Assembly (NCBI GenBank): GCA_013265495.1
Contig: MU058059.1
Coordinates: forward strand, 3,139,502-3,203,501
Length of the DNA stretch: 64,000 nt
Origin: Vicugna vicugna
Taxonomy: Eukaryota
Direction of reading: 5' to 3'
A model generated the notes under the pieces. That model was not told where the DNA came from and made no database searches. It saw only the letters and a list, made by a program, of their open reading frames with translations. The stretch's first letter is position 1; each line of letters starts with the position of its first letter. The position numbers and the translations under genes were made by a program. Positions 52,737-64,000 of the stretch are shown here, piece after piece.

Positions 52737-54569
52737 TAATAAATTTTAATGACTTAACCTCAATTAGTCTTTCATGTAAACTTAATTAAAAAATTTTTAT
52801 ACCCTAAGTTTGCAGATGTTTTCAGGAGCCTTGAGTAATACGTAAACCAATTTGTCATCTAAAGTAAGGATTTTTTTCCCCCTCCCAAACCCTATTAGAT
52901 AATCATCTGCTATGTACATGAGTATTTATAGAGAAGGGAAATTCACTACAATAGAAATCTGTTCCATTGTTTAAAAGTTCATACTGCCAGAAGCTTGACC
53001 CAAAATCTGTCTTCCTTCTAATTTCCACCTAAAGGCCCAAAGGTTCTATGCTTTGAACAAACAGAAGATAATTTTTATACCTCTTCCAAATGCTCTTTAT
53101 TACATGAAATAGCTGTCTCATCTTCCCCTCTTCTTTTTCTCAGGTTTTAATATCCACAGTTGTTTCATTGTTTTTCCTTATGTGACACAGTTTTGGTCTC
53201 CTTCCTTTATAAGTCTTCTAGTTGGCTAATGACTTTCTTAATGTGGTGTTTAAACTAATCATCATATTTGAGACCCGTACTGAGCAGTGCAGAGCATTGT
53301 GGGACTGTCTTCTTTTTCCATACATCATGCTTGTAATGCAGCCTAATTACATCGATTCTCACTTCACATGCATTACACCTTAAATTGTACTTATAGTCAT
53401 TTAGAATGCCTAGATCTTTTTCAACTTGAACACTGTTTATCCAGGCGGCTCCATCCTGCAGTTGTGTTACACTAATTACTTTTCTTTCAATTATGAACCT
53501 GAACTTTTACCGCTAAACGACCCCTCCCATTCCTTATCTAAGTGTTCACGTTACTTAAAATTCTTAATACTAGCAAATATTTGCATGGTTTTATACAGTT
53601 TTAATCCCTTAGTGTTTTTTCCTGCTTATGTCATATAAAATTTTCCTTCTCAACTTGTTTGTAAGTTTTAAAGGCCATATAGTATTCCAGTGTATTGAGA
53701 GAACCATAACAGGCTGTTTATTCCCCTGTTTTAAAATATGTTTTCCTGCTTTCTGTTATGAACAACAATTCCCTGAGGCTGGATTGCTGGGTCAAGAGGG
53801 TATAAATGGTTCTGTAGTCTGCATTCTGGAAGTACTTGCTTATCATTCTAGAAGTACTCGCTCATTGCTCTGGCCAACGAATAACTCTTCCTGATCAGAA
53901 AGAGAGGTCAGTTCAGGATGACGTAAGTTTAGTAAAAGGCAAGCTGGACCCTTCTGACTACTAATTTCTTTTCTAAGAAACATGTACTTCTTTTAGCACT
54001 TGAACTAAATTTGCTTAAAGAGGTTTGGCATTCTCTTCCTACTTTCTCACTTTATTGGGCTACCCTTAAAACATTTTTAGGAGTAAAACATTTCCATTGT
54101 GAAGATCATTCTCCTTTATGGAGGCTATTGAAGTGAAGCCTTTCGTCATTTAATATCACAGTATCTGTCCCTTACTTATTCTTGCTTCAGTTGTAGCTTC
54201 TCTCCACCCCACTCCCGAAAAAGAAAACGTTTATAACGTTTTCTACCAACTTCAAGTTGTTTTTAGGCCTTAAATGTTTTTGAATAAGTTCATTGTTACT
54301 CCTGTGTTTGTTCTTAAACCCTTAACTTCTTTCAACTTTGGGGACTTGTTTTCATATCTGAGATGCAAATTTCCTTGCGAAATCCACTTGGTTTCTTTAA
54401 AAGTCTTCATTTCTTCTGATTAGGTGCTGTTTATAATTCTGTAGTCATACTTTTGCTATCTAGAACCTCCTCCTTCCCTTCTGAACTTCGTGATGTATCA
54501 GTGACAACAGTAATTCAGCATATCTCTTGCCACACAAATAGACAGACAGTTGCTTTGCTTGTTGCATTC

Positions 54570-55380
54570 CCTCAGCATTCATTTATTTCAGAAACATTTC
54601 TGGACGTGTGCTTTGTACTTGGCACTATTTTAGGTTATGCCTGCAAATTATGAACAAGGTAAAGTTGTCATATTTTATAGTCTACTGATAGAGATAGACA
54701 ACTAATGTAATATCTGAGTAATAAATACTATGAAGAAAAAATAAACATAGAGAATGACTGGAGGTAATTAAGTCAGGAGAGGTCTTTCTGAGGTGGTGAC
54801 TTAAAGTGACCTGAATGATATGCCCAAAGGAACCATGTACAGATCTGGAGGAACAGTGTTGAAGAGGGAGAGGAGAGGGTGAGTTAAGATCCTGGAGAAA
54901 AAGTAAGATGATAGTATGGTTGCAGTAAGGTGATCAAGGAAGAAACTGGTGGAAGGAATCAGAGAGTTAGGGGCCTAGTAATTTGGGTTGAGTCCTAAGA
55001 ACAGAAAGCTGTTTGGAGTGTTTTCAGTAGGGGATGATTTTGCTGATATTACTGTCCTACTTGCTGTGTAAAGAATAGTTTAAAATTTAGTGGCTGTTGT
55101 GGGACAGAGGAATTATGAGTGATTTCTAGCTTTTTGATCTAAGCACCTCAGTGATTCCTTAAAAACGGGGATTTGGGGTAGAGCAAGTTTGGGGAATAAG
55201 TCACTTTGTTTTGGACATGCGAAGTTTGAGGTGCTACTTAGACATCCGTGATAGTGTGCTGAGAGGTAGGTAGGAGCTTGGGACTTAGCCAGTAGATTAG
55301 GGCTAGCAATCTGAATTGGGGATTCATCAGTTATCATAGGCGGTATTTAAAGCCACAAGTCTGGATGAGAGTATCAGGGG
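54570..55380 (-). mobile_element. L2 fragment in NDUFV2 intron 7
   Basis: cattcatttatt start; tctgaggtggtgac; ttttggacatgcgaagtttgaggtgc. Confidence 0.7.
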
Positions 55381-57763
55381 TGAAATTAGAGTTTGTTGTT
55401 GTTTTTAATATAGGAGATACTATAACATCATTGTATTTTAACATTAATAAACAGGAACTAAGCACAGTTAAGCATTTTCAACATCTAATAATAATAGGGA
55501 TGCTGCTTATCAGTAATTGTAAATAGTTCTTCAGTAAGATTTTTTTTAACAGTGTTCTAGACTTAAGCCAAAGACTTTTGAATTATTGGTTTCTCAACCT
55601 ATTTTTATTTCCTACTTAGCTCCTCTTATTTAAAAAGCTGAGATAAATCTACTTGGTTTTCAGTAACCGCGGAGCATCCATCAGTGGTGTCATGTAAAGA
55701 CTGTATTTGCACATGGTAGTTCTAGACTTTCTTCCCAGTGTAGGAAATCAAGAACTTTCCCTCTTCTTCCCCAAGTTAATTTCTTGGATAGTGAGAGAGA
55801 TTTTGATTACAGTAATAACCAAAACACAGTTTTAGTTATTCTTTAAATTAACCAAAGCTGGTTAGTTCTTTTTATTAGTATTTTTATAGTAAAGCTCTGT
55901 GCTTAAATATTGACAGAGGTGCTAGTTTTGAGTCTTTGAGTGATGAGAGAAAGTAAACTGGTTCAACAGTAACTGACTTTTGAGTACCTCTATCAGGTAT
56001 ACACTGGCCAAAATTAGTAAAGATTGCTCTCTCTATATAGTAGATTAAATTAATTTTGTAGGCTTTACTGCAGGATTTTACAGCCTTTGTAATATTTTAA
56101 TGTGCATTTTGTGAATGGTGGGGGCTGGAGAAAGTTTGCAGACAGGCATAACAGAGGACTGGAACCCCACTTTTTCCCCTAAAGTATGTTAGACACTGTA
56201 ATTTCATGGAACAAACTTTAGGAAACTGGACCAGATTATTCTTCAAATGACTTTCCTATATAAAATTCCATATTCTTGGGTCAAGCTCACGTAGTATACG
56301 TGATTAATTCTTTTTATTGTTCCAGAAACTTAAGTTTTTTAAATCTTCCTAAAATTGGCCTTTTTTGTGTTGGTAAAGATGGTAGCTGAGCTTAATGCAC
56401 AAGAGGGGAATCTAGTAAAGGAGAAGAAGAGTCCTCCAAAAGTGATTCATTGTATTATTTTATCAGCAGTCAGAGAGCAGCATGTGTACCTCTTACCACT
56501 TAACATTTAAAAAAATTTACAAAGCCAAATACTGTTTGTTTGTTTTTTTTAAACTTAAATATTATTTTGCCACTTACCTTACAAGTTTAATTTTAGGCTC
56601 TGACAGTACGTGGTGACTGCTTTTTTTGATCTGTTTTTCATAGTGAATTTGTAATGCAAATATGTTAATTTCTGACTTTGTAGGTATTCTTTGTCGTAAT
56701 ACACTACTTAGTTTCTTACATTATGTATTGTAATAGTTTGAAAGATCTTATAGATGATTTTGTGGTATCATTTTCCTGTCCCCTCAACAAATGATTTCCT
56801 AGGGCTCTAAAAATAGACTTATAAAGATTGATGACAGAATGTGAGAGGCAAAGCCAGAAGGAGTAAAGAGATTTAATTGAACAAATTCTTCAGCTAAAAT
56901 CTGCGGCAGGAACCAGGTAAATGAACAGACAGGGAATGAGAGGGTGAAACAGGAGTAGGTGCTGAGTTGGGCTCCAGCAGCAGAGGTCAGACAGGGCAGA
57001 GGCTGAACTTGAACGATGACCTGGGAAAGTATGTGTGGGAGTGAAAAAAAGACAGACAGGTTTGTCCACCTCTGCACTGCCTCTCTTCACAGAACGACAC
57101 GGAGACCTGTTCATGTTTTCTTTGTGGCTGTGGTAGCCACCCTGGTCTGGAACCTGTTTTTGAAAAATTAATACTAATAATTTAGCCTTTAAAAACATAT
57201 ATAGTCTTCACTACTTACAAGGGACAGCTTCCAGTTTCTCAAGGAATCCAGTTTCTGTTTCCAAATACAATGTATAAGTGTGTGTCCCTGTGACAGTGGA
57301 TCTCAGTCAAGATAAAATTCAAATATAAAAAGAATAAATGTAGTGCTCTAGTTTATTAAAACATGATTTAAAAACGTGCCCTCTGGGGTTGGGCATTCTG
57401 CTGTGGTTCTTCGCCCTGATGTTGGGCACACGCTGACTCTCCCAAGCCTTGGTTCTGCATCTGTGAAACATTGTGGTCAGTTATCACTTGTCTCACGGTG
57501 CTGTTGTAAAGATGTAATGAGCTAGTGATGTATGTACGCTGTTTAATATTGGGGGGACTAGTATTACTGTTATTTTTCTATTTTTCATATTTCATATTTC
57601 ATATTTTTATGTCTGTTTCCATGTTTAACTTTAGGAAGAAAAATCTTGCAGCAGTTGTAACGTTTGGATTAAATAACCCATGCTAGTTCTTGGGTGAAAA
57701 ATGTTTACTTAACTGGATTGTTGTGAGATAACAAGTATAATTTTTTTAAGCAAAGATTTATAA

Positions 57764-57901
<138 letters not shown>

Positions 57902-57933
57902 TTTATATTCACCTGTAAATATGTCACTGGAGA

Positions 57934-57939
57934 AATAAA
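57934..57939 (+). terminator. NDUFV2: NDUFV2 polyadenylation signal AATAAA
   Basis: Canonical hexamer 33 nt after the stop codon, followed by a T-rich tract. Confidence 0.8.
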
Positions 57940-60250
57940 ATATGAATCTCCTATCTGCATAAACTTTCTATATTTGTTCATTTCCATCTGTCTACACCTT
58001 GGTGATAACCTAGCAACTTGCAGCTGTAAGTACCCTTTTAGAACTTCAGAGCATCATTTTAGTCTTCTGCTATCTTTGGCTAACTATGAAGACATTATTC
58101 CGTAATCCAGTTAACAGTTATTCCAACATCACCCATTTTCAAATGCCCTGCCACTTTTATCAATAATACAAGATTATGATGAAGTAAAAATTCTGTCCAA
58201 TTTCTAAGTCCTTTTGCTTTCCCATCTTTAGCCATAGCCAATTCTTAAGTTAGTGTGATCTTTCTATAAACCTTATTTGTCAGTACTCTTTTAACATTTT
58301 TATATTTACAGCACATAATTGTTACTTTATTTTCCACTGGTAAGTGACCGGTCAAGCAGATTGTAGGAGTGAGGAGGATAAGGGAGTTGGCTCTAGAAGT
58401 ACTATTTATCATCTTTAAATAAAGACGGTATGAAACACTTTGACATTATCCTTGGCTATTCTGACGCTGCAGGTATACAAAAACTCATCGGGGGAAGAAC
58501 CTGGAAGTGAGATTTGAGTTGGAAAGATCAGTGGATACGCAGAGTATACTCAGTTGACTGCATATTACAACTTAGAAGTGGAAATAATAACTTAGAAGAA
58601 ATAAAACCTCTCATTATTGTACCTAGTTGAAGAAACTATGATTTTTGTAAGCTGGGAAAAAAATAGCTTTAAGGCAGGGATAAATCTAAACTAATCCAAT
58701 TGTTTCAGGATTTCTCAAAGTCGCTGTTTGGCCCTGGTCTTGTAGTTATGATGGTTAAAAACATTATTTTTTAAGACAGCGTTTAAAAATTAGTTTTTGT
58801 TTTTCACCTGAGAAAGTAAACAGTAACAGTAATTCTTCAAGTGGCACAAAAAGGTAACACAAGGAAAATGCCTCCCTTCCATCCTAGAGCCCTCAGACCT
58901 TCCCAAAGTCAACTACTTTTACCATTATTTTTCTCTCTTAAAAAAATAGTCTATCTTATCTTTGTTTAGCTGTTAAGTTTTTTATTTAAAGTTATGAAAA
59001 AATACAGGTATTCCTTTAAATGAAAGCTACTACTGACTTGTAAAAAATGCCTTACACTTTGGTATTATTATTATTATTTTTAACTAGACAAAAAGTTAGG
59101 AGTGAGGAGCCTTCAGATACTGGGTGAAAAGAACAAGTCATGTTTAAAGGGTGGGCACTGGTGATTAATTTATGTACCATTTTAGAAATAGAAAATTAAT
59201 TTTAGGTTGTTTGAGGAGGAAATCTTCCTACTGCTATTTAAATTTTATTTCTATTACAAAAATAAACCGACCAGTAATTCAACTTTCATTCTTCTTATTG
59301 GGCAAAGAATCTAATAACCTAGCTTCCGTTGTTTTTGGAGCGGCTACTGAACTTTGCTCGGGGAAGCTACCGATTGCTTACAATTACTTGCTGTAACTGG
59401 ATGGAGCCATTGTTCTAGTAAATCCCACAGCACATAATAGCCGTAAGAGTATTCACTGCAAAGGCACTACATGTATGTAGACTAAGTCATAAAAACCACG
59501 ACCTCAGATTATATTTTTCATTTATTACATTCACCTTCTTGAAATATGGCAGGATTTAATTTAGCAATATATAATAGTAGTTGATTCGAAAGCTGAGAAT
59601 TAAGTTGGAAAGAAATTTTGCAGATGGCTTCTAGTTCAGATATCAGATATACACATTTTAAGTATCTGCTAGTAATAACCCTAAATAAATGTGATAAAAC
59701 TTAGCTTTGGCTAAGAGTGATGTTTAATCCTTGGGGTCCCTGACCTACGGTACTGCTAAGAAAACAGGTATTTTGCCCACTTGCTGAAGATGGATTCCAA
59801 GACTGGAGCCAATGAAAGATGGGGCTATACAATTAAAAGCCTTCGCAACTTACTATTCAGCTAGCTGTGGATATAAACTAATTTCCTTCAGCTTTTTTTG
59901 AGGCCCTTATCCATAATAATTACTAACTTCTTGACTTACACTTCCGGTTTCACATTGAAAAGGAAAATTAGTTCCTTTTCCCTTCATAAATTTCACTTGA
60001 ACCTTTCCACTAACAGAGTGTATCTGATTTATAATTTGCCACATATAATTTAATAGGAGCTTCATTAAAATTTTTCTTTGCAATATGATTAATTCTGCAG
60101 TGAATTTTCTTTTAGAGATAGTGTCCTATTCAAACACAGTCAATACAGTGCCCTGGATCACAACTGCCTTGTAGGTCTTCGATATATATTCAGTGATTTT
60201 TAAGTAATAAGGTTATGCATAAGTTACTGCCATAAATTACGGTTATTTCG

Positions 60251-60318
60251 GCAAATTCAAGATAAGCTACCTTTCCGTTTTGACAGCAAATTCAAGATTA
60301 GCTACCTTTCCTTTTTGA
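60251..60318. repeat. 35-bp-period tandem duplication
   Basis: gcaaattcaagatWagctacctttccKttttga x2. Confidence 0.9.
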
Positions 60319-60709
60319 AGTGAGGCTCTTACTGCTATAGAAGTAGGTATTGCCGCTGCCATTCAGACTCCCTGTGACAGTGAGTCAAATGAGAACCAAC
60401 TCAACGACCTCAAGTCAGGATTGTCAAATTCCATGCCATAAATATCCAAATTAAAGGTAGTGGTGTTCCACTTCTAGCCACAAGGTGCTCTCTTACTATT
60501 CACTTTGAACCTAACGTTTTAAAGATGGGAGAAATCAGGAGCCTAGGAAAGGAACAAGTGGTGATCTTTAATGCAAGTTTATGCCTTATGTCGCTACGTG
60601 CTGGTTTTTGGCTTTCTCAAGTCAAATACACCATCTGCTGATTAATGACGTAAATTGTAACTACACTCATTAAGTCACAAATGCGTGCTGTAGTTGAGGC
60701 CACGATGGG

Positions 60710-60914
60710 AGAGATGATTTCCCTCCAGTTACACAGCCCCTTTGGTTAAATAAAGGCACGCACAAATTGTCGCGGATTCATTTCGATGTAAATGAAAGCG
60801 TCCAGAAGGAACTCAGAATAAAATGGTTTCCTCCGATTATGTAATCCCTTCGGTGGTTAAATAAGGGCATGCACAAACTGTCGCGGGATAACCTCGATGT
60901 AAATAAGAGCGTCC
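60710..60914. repeat. Diverged tandem duplication, period about 111 bp
   Basis: 60743-60803 vs 60854-60914, 51/61 identical. Confidence 0.85.
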
Positions 60915-62480
60915 GGGGGAAGTGCGTGCCGGCAGCCGGGCCGCCGGGCGGGAAATGCTCCACACGCACTCCTCCAGCTGGACGGCTCCCTGCGAAACCG
61001 TCTCGGATGTGGATAACGCGCTTAGGTTTGTCTAAAAGGGTCATCCGGCGGTGTGGCTGTGGGCGGGCCTGTCGTGGGTCCGGGCCGTCCCGCGGCAGGT
61101 GCTCGTCGCTGTGCTCTCGGGGGCCTGGCAGGGGCCCGCCTGGCGAGGGAAGGGCGCGCCGGGTCCCGATCCCGGTCGCCGTCCCACAGGTGCGGCCAGC
61201 CGGCGCGCAGGCGCACTGCGGCGGACACGCGCCCCGCCTCTCCGGACACGCCGGAGCCGCGCCCGCCGGGCGAGCTGGGCGCACGCCCGTCTGTGCCTGC
61301 GGCCGGGCCGCGCCGTCGTCCTCTGGTCCGAGCTCGCAAACTGTCCCACCCGCCCCCGCAAAAATAGCGTGTGGATACCCTCTGTACACAGAGCCTCTTC
61401 GTCACCGCCGCCGCCATTTCTAGAAGTTTCCAGTCACGGCCACGGTCGCCACAGAGCGCGACTACAGAACCTGCCGGCCGCCTGCGCCGCTCCCCAGGGG
61501 CTCCTCTCCCTCTGGGGTCGGTGACGGCGGAGGGAGGCGCGACTGCGGGCCGGGTGGAGTTCCGGCCCGCACCCCCGCCCCCACTTGGTACGCGCCGACT
61601 CCCCCGCCCGCGGCTCGGGAAGCTTCTCGCGGAGCCGCCAAAGCGGCGGGCCGCGGGGGGGCGGGCGGAGGGGGCGCCGGGCGCCGGGGGCGGGGCGGGC
61701 ACGCCGCCCGTCCCGTGCCCGCCGCGTCACGTGCCCGCGCCGCGGCCAATCGCCGGGCGGCGCCGTCCTGGGAGCGAGCAGGCTGTGGCGAGGGACGGCG
61801 GAGACCGGAGATGTTTTCGAGCCCGGCCTCGGCGGCGGTCGTGGCGGTTGCGGCGGCGGCGAGGACCACGACAGCGGCGGCGGCGCCGAGGCCCTCCCTC
61901 AGGGGGTAAACCCTCCTGCGCCGGCCGTGCCTCGGGTCCGTGAGGGCGAGGGGGGCGTGGCGACAGTCGAGGAGGAAGGAGGGGCGCGGTTTCGAGCCCT
62001 GGCCCCGGCGCCCGGGAGGAGCCCCTCAGTCGCGCCCGCTCCGTCCCCTCCCCAGAGCGAGGTAGGGACGCGCCCCGCCGCCCCGCCCCGCGGCGCCGAG
62101 CTGACAGGACGGGCCGTTGTGGCCCTGGCGCGGGCCGCCCCGCCGGGAGCCGCGGTGCGGCGGGAGCTGCCGGGCAGGTTCGGGCCGCGTTCGCGCACCC
62201 TCGGGGCCGTCGGGTTCTTAAAGCCCGTTCGAGGGGAACCCGGTGTGACGCATCCTCGAGGATCCCAAAGCGTTGAGTAAACGGTTGTACAAAGAGGTTG
62301 CCGAAGCCCAGCTGACAGCTGCGTTAGCAATAACAGTAAGGGACGGTTTGGGACGGGAAGTTGACGCGCTCGCGCCGGTGGGAGCGTAGGAGACGTTTTA
62401 GGCGCGGCAGTCATCGGAGTATAAGGTCTACCGGGCACCCGCGCCTCCCTGGCGAGCGCGGCTGGATCGGCTGCGGGTCC
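60900..62480. promoter_or_regulatory. ANKRD12: CpG-island promoter, probably ANKRD12 (likely bidirectional)
   Basis: Very CpG-rich; GC boxes at about 61686-61700, CACGTG 61728-61733, CCAAT 61746-61750, YY1 CCGCCATTT 61411-61419, NRF1-like GCGCAGGCGCA 61205-61215; gene name is from known NDUFV2-ANKRD12 synteny only. Confidence 0.75.
61770..61905 (+). other. ANKRD12: Probable non-coding first exon of ANKRD12
   Basis: GGC-rich 5'UTR-like segment downstream of the CCAAT box ending at GGG|gtaaac; start approximate; no ANKRD12 coding sequence recognised in the window. Confidence 0.5.
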
Positions 62481-64000
62481 CCTAATGCCGAAGTTGAAGT
62501 GAACCTGTTCTCAATCATGTATTCTGCCTTATTTTAAAACGGTTTATGTAAGTTATAAAAGAAGGCGAACTAGGAAAGCAGCTATTTTAGAATAAATTGA
62601 CTGTTTATTAAAAACATATGTTCAAGTAGGCTCTTAAAAATCTTGGGCACTGATCTGTTTCAGTTTCTTCAATCGTTGTACAAAGGCTTTCCTGGAGATT
62701 AGCTCAGAACTGGCAGAACGTATGCTGTATTGATGCCAAGTGGCTTAAAAACAAAATGAAATAGTGTCGACTTTGTAAAATCAAGTCGTTATATTAACTA
62801 AACTTGTTGGGAAGTCTTGAATTTGGGCTAAACGCAGAACCTTGTAAACATTCGAAGTGTTTCCCCAGGAGATTATAGGCAAGCAGGGGAAGGTTTTATT
62901 ACTTAAAAGATCTTTTATAAATGACACAAGCACTGACTAAATTTCTGAAGGTCTGCAGACGGTTGACTGAGGTCAAGCTTAACTATTCAGGCTGTGTGTT
63001 CTATTTTCGGGACAGACAAGGTGTTAAAATAAAGTGGAACCTAAATGTTAAGTGGTAATCATGGAAGGAAAAGAGTAAAAACGCAGCATGCCTGTAATGT
63101 TCTTAATCTCTGTGGTTTCCATAGTTATTGTTAGAATGGTTTTGTGAACAAACGGAGCTGGAAAAGTGAAAATCTCTCGATGTGTAGTCATGAAGAGTAT
63201 TTGAGAAACAGTAGAGAGAAAAAAATCAGATGACGAAAGAATTTAGTAGATGAAAATGTGTTGTGCTGTCCTTTGGATTTAGTTCTTTAATATCAGGAAA
63301 GGGGAGAAAAGCTTCAGTTTTTTTTGGAGACAAGTGTTCAAATGGAATTAATTTAAAAGGAAGATGTTTTTATCAAATGCTTATATGTTACTTTTTTTCC
63401 CTGTAGAAGTTGTTGAGAAATGTGACTGATACTCTTCTGAGGTAGACTGGAGAAATAATAGTCAGTAGGAATATTTGGAAAATGCTTCACTGGAAAAGAG
63501 ATTTTTATTCTAAAGAATAATAGTGATAATGTTCAATTTCTTGGTGTTGGTTGACTAGTAGTTAAATTTTCTTTTAAAGCATCCTTGTCTTTTAAGGGCA
63601 TTATTTCAGTTTAAAAAAAGAATGATTAATGAGATTTATTATTTCCATCATAGTCTGTAAGAGGTGTAGACAGCTTTCTGTATGTAAACTTGATTCTACT
63701 GAAGCAGTATGAAGAATTTATGCTGTAATTGCAGTAGGTTGCTTAAGAGCCATTGACATTACCTTCTGACTTGGAACTTGTTCCTGAGGCTGACATCAAC
63801 AGGTATTTGTAAAATGCTCATACTTTGTAAAGGGTACAGTCTTGGAAATTTTTCTTGAACTGGAAAGGCCTCAAATTTTCTAATCAGTTTCCCTCATTTT
63901 ACAGATGAAAATATAAAGATCTGGTAAGGGGTAATGACTTACCAAAGTCAGCACAGCTAGTTAAAATAGTCTGTGGTTTGGCCTAGAGATTTCTTTTTGT

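Noticed and set aside
60440..60515. Faint similarity to antisense LSU rRNA (ggtagtggtgttccac)
   Set aside because: Under 20 nt with mismatches and no extension

Overview
Mammalian genomic DNA, most likely camelid, judging from tRNA-derived vic-1-like SINEs and cetartiodactyl-type L1 3' ends. The right half holds the complete 8-exon NDUFV2 gene (+ strand, 35613-57901, 249 aa, all introns GT-AG). A CpG-island promoter follows at about 60.9-62.5 kb, which by synteny should belong to ANKRD12. The left half looks intergenic. Read on the minus strand, however, it contains the remains of a multi-exon gene running from an orphan CpG island (about 27.4-28.1 kb) down to at least about 3.0 kb. Its exons encode, in the correct order, DUF4062-like, Walker A, Walker B, helical/winged-helix and post-NACHT motifs of the TTC41/NPHP3/TEP1/NWD-type NACHT (STAND) NTPases. 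The gene is broken by stops, frameshifts and an L1 inserted in the NACHT exon, so it is a candidate unitary pseudogene oriented head-to-head with NDUFV2. The family assignment comes from motif recall, not a database search. Several retroelement insertions have informative structures: a 5' inversion, an internal deletion and a re-used target site.
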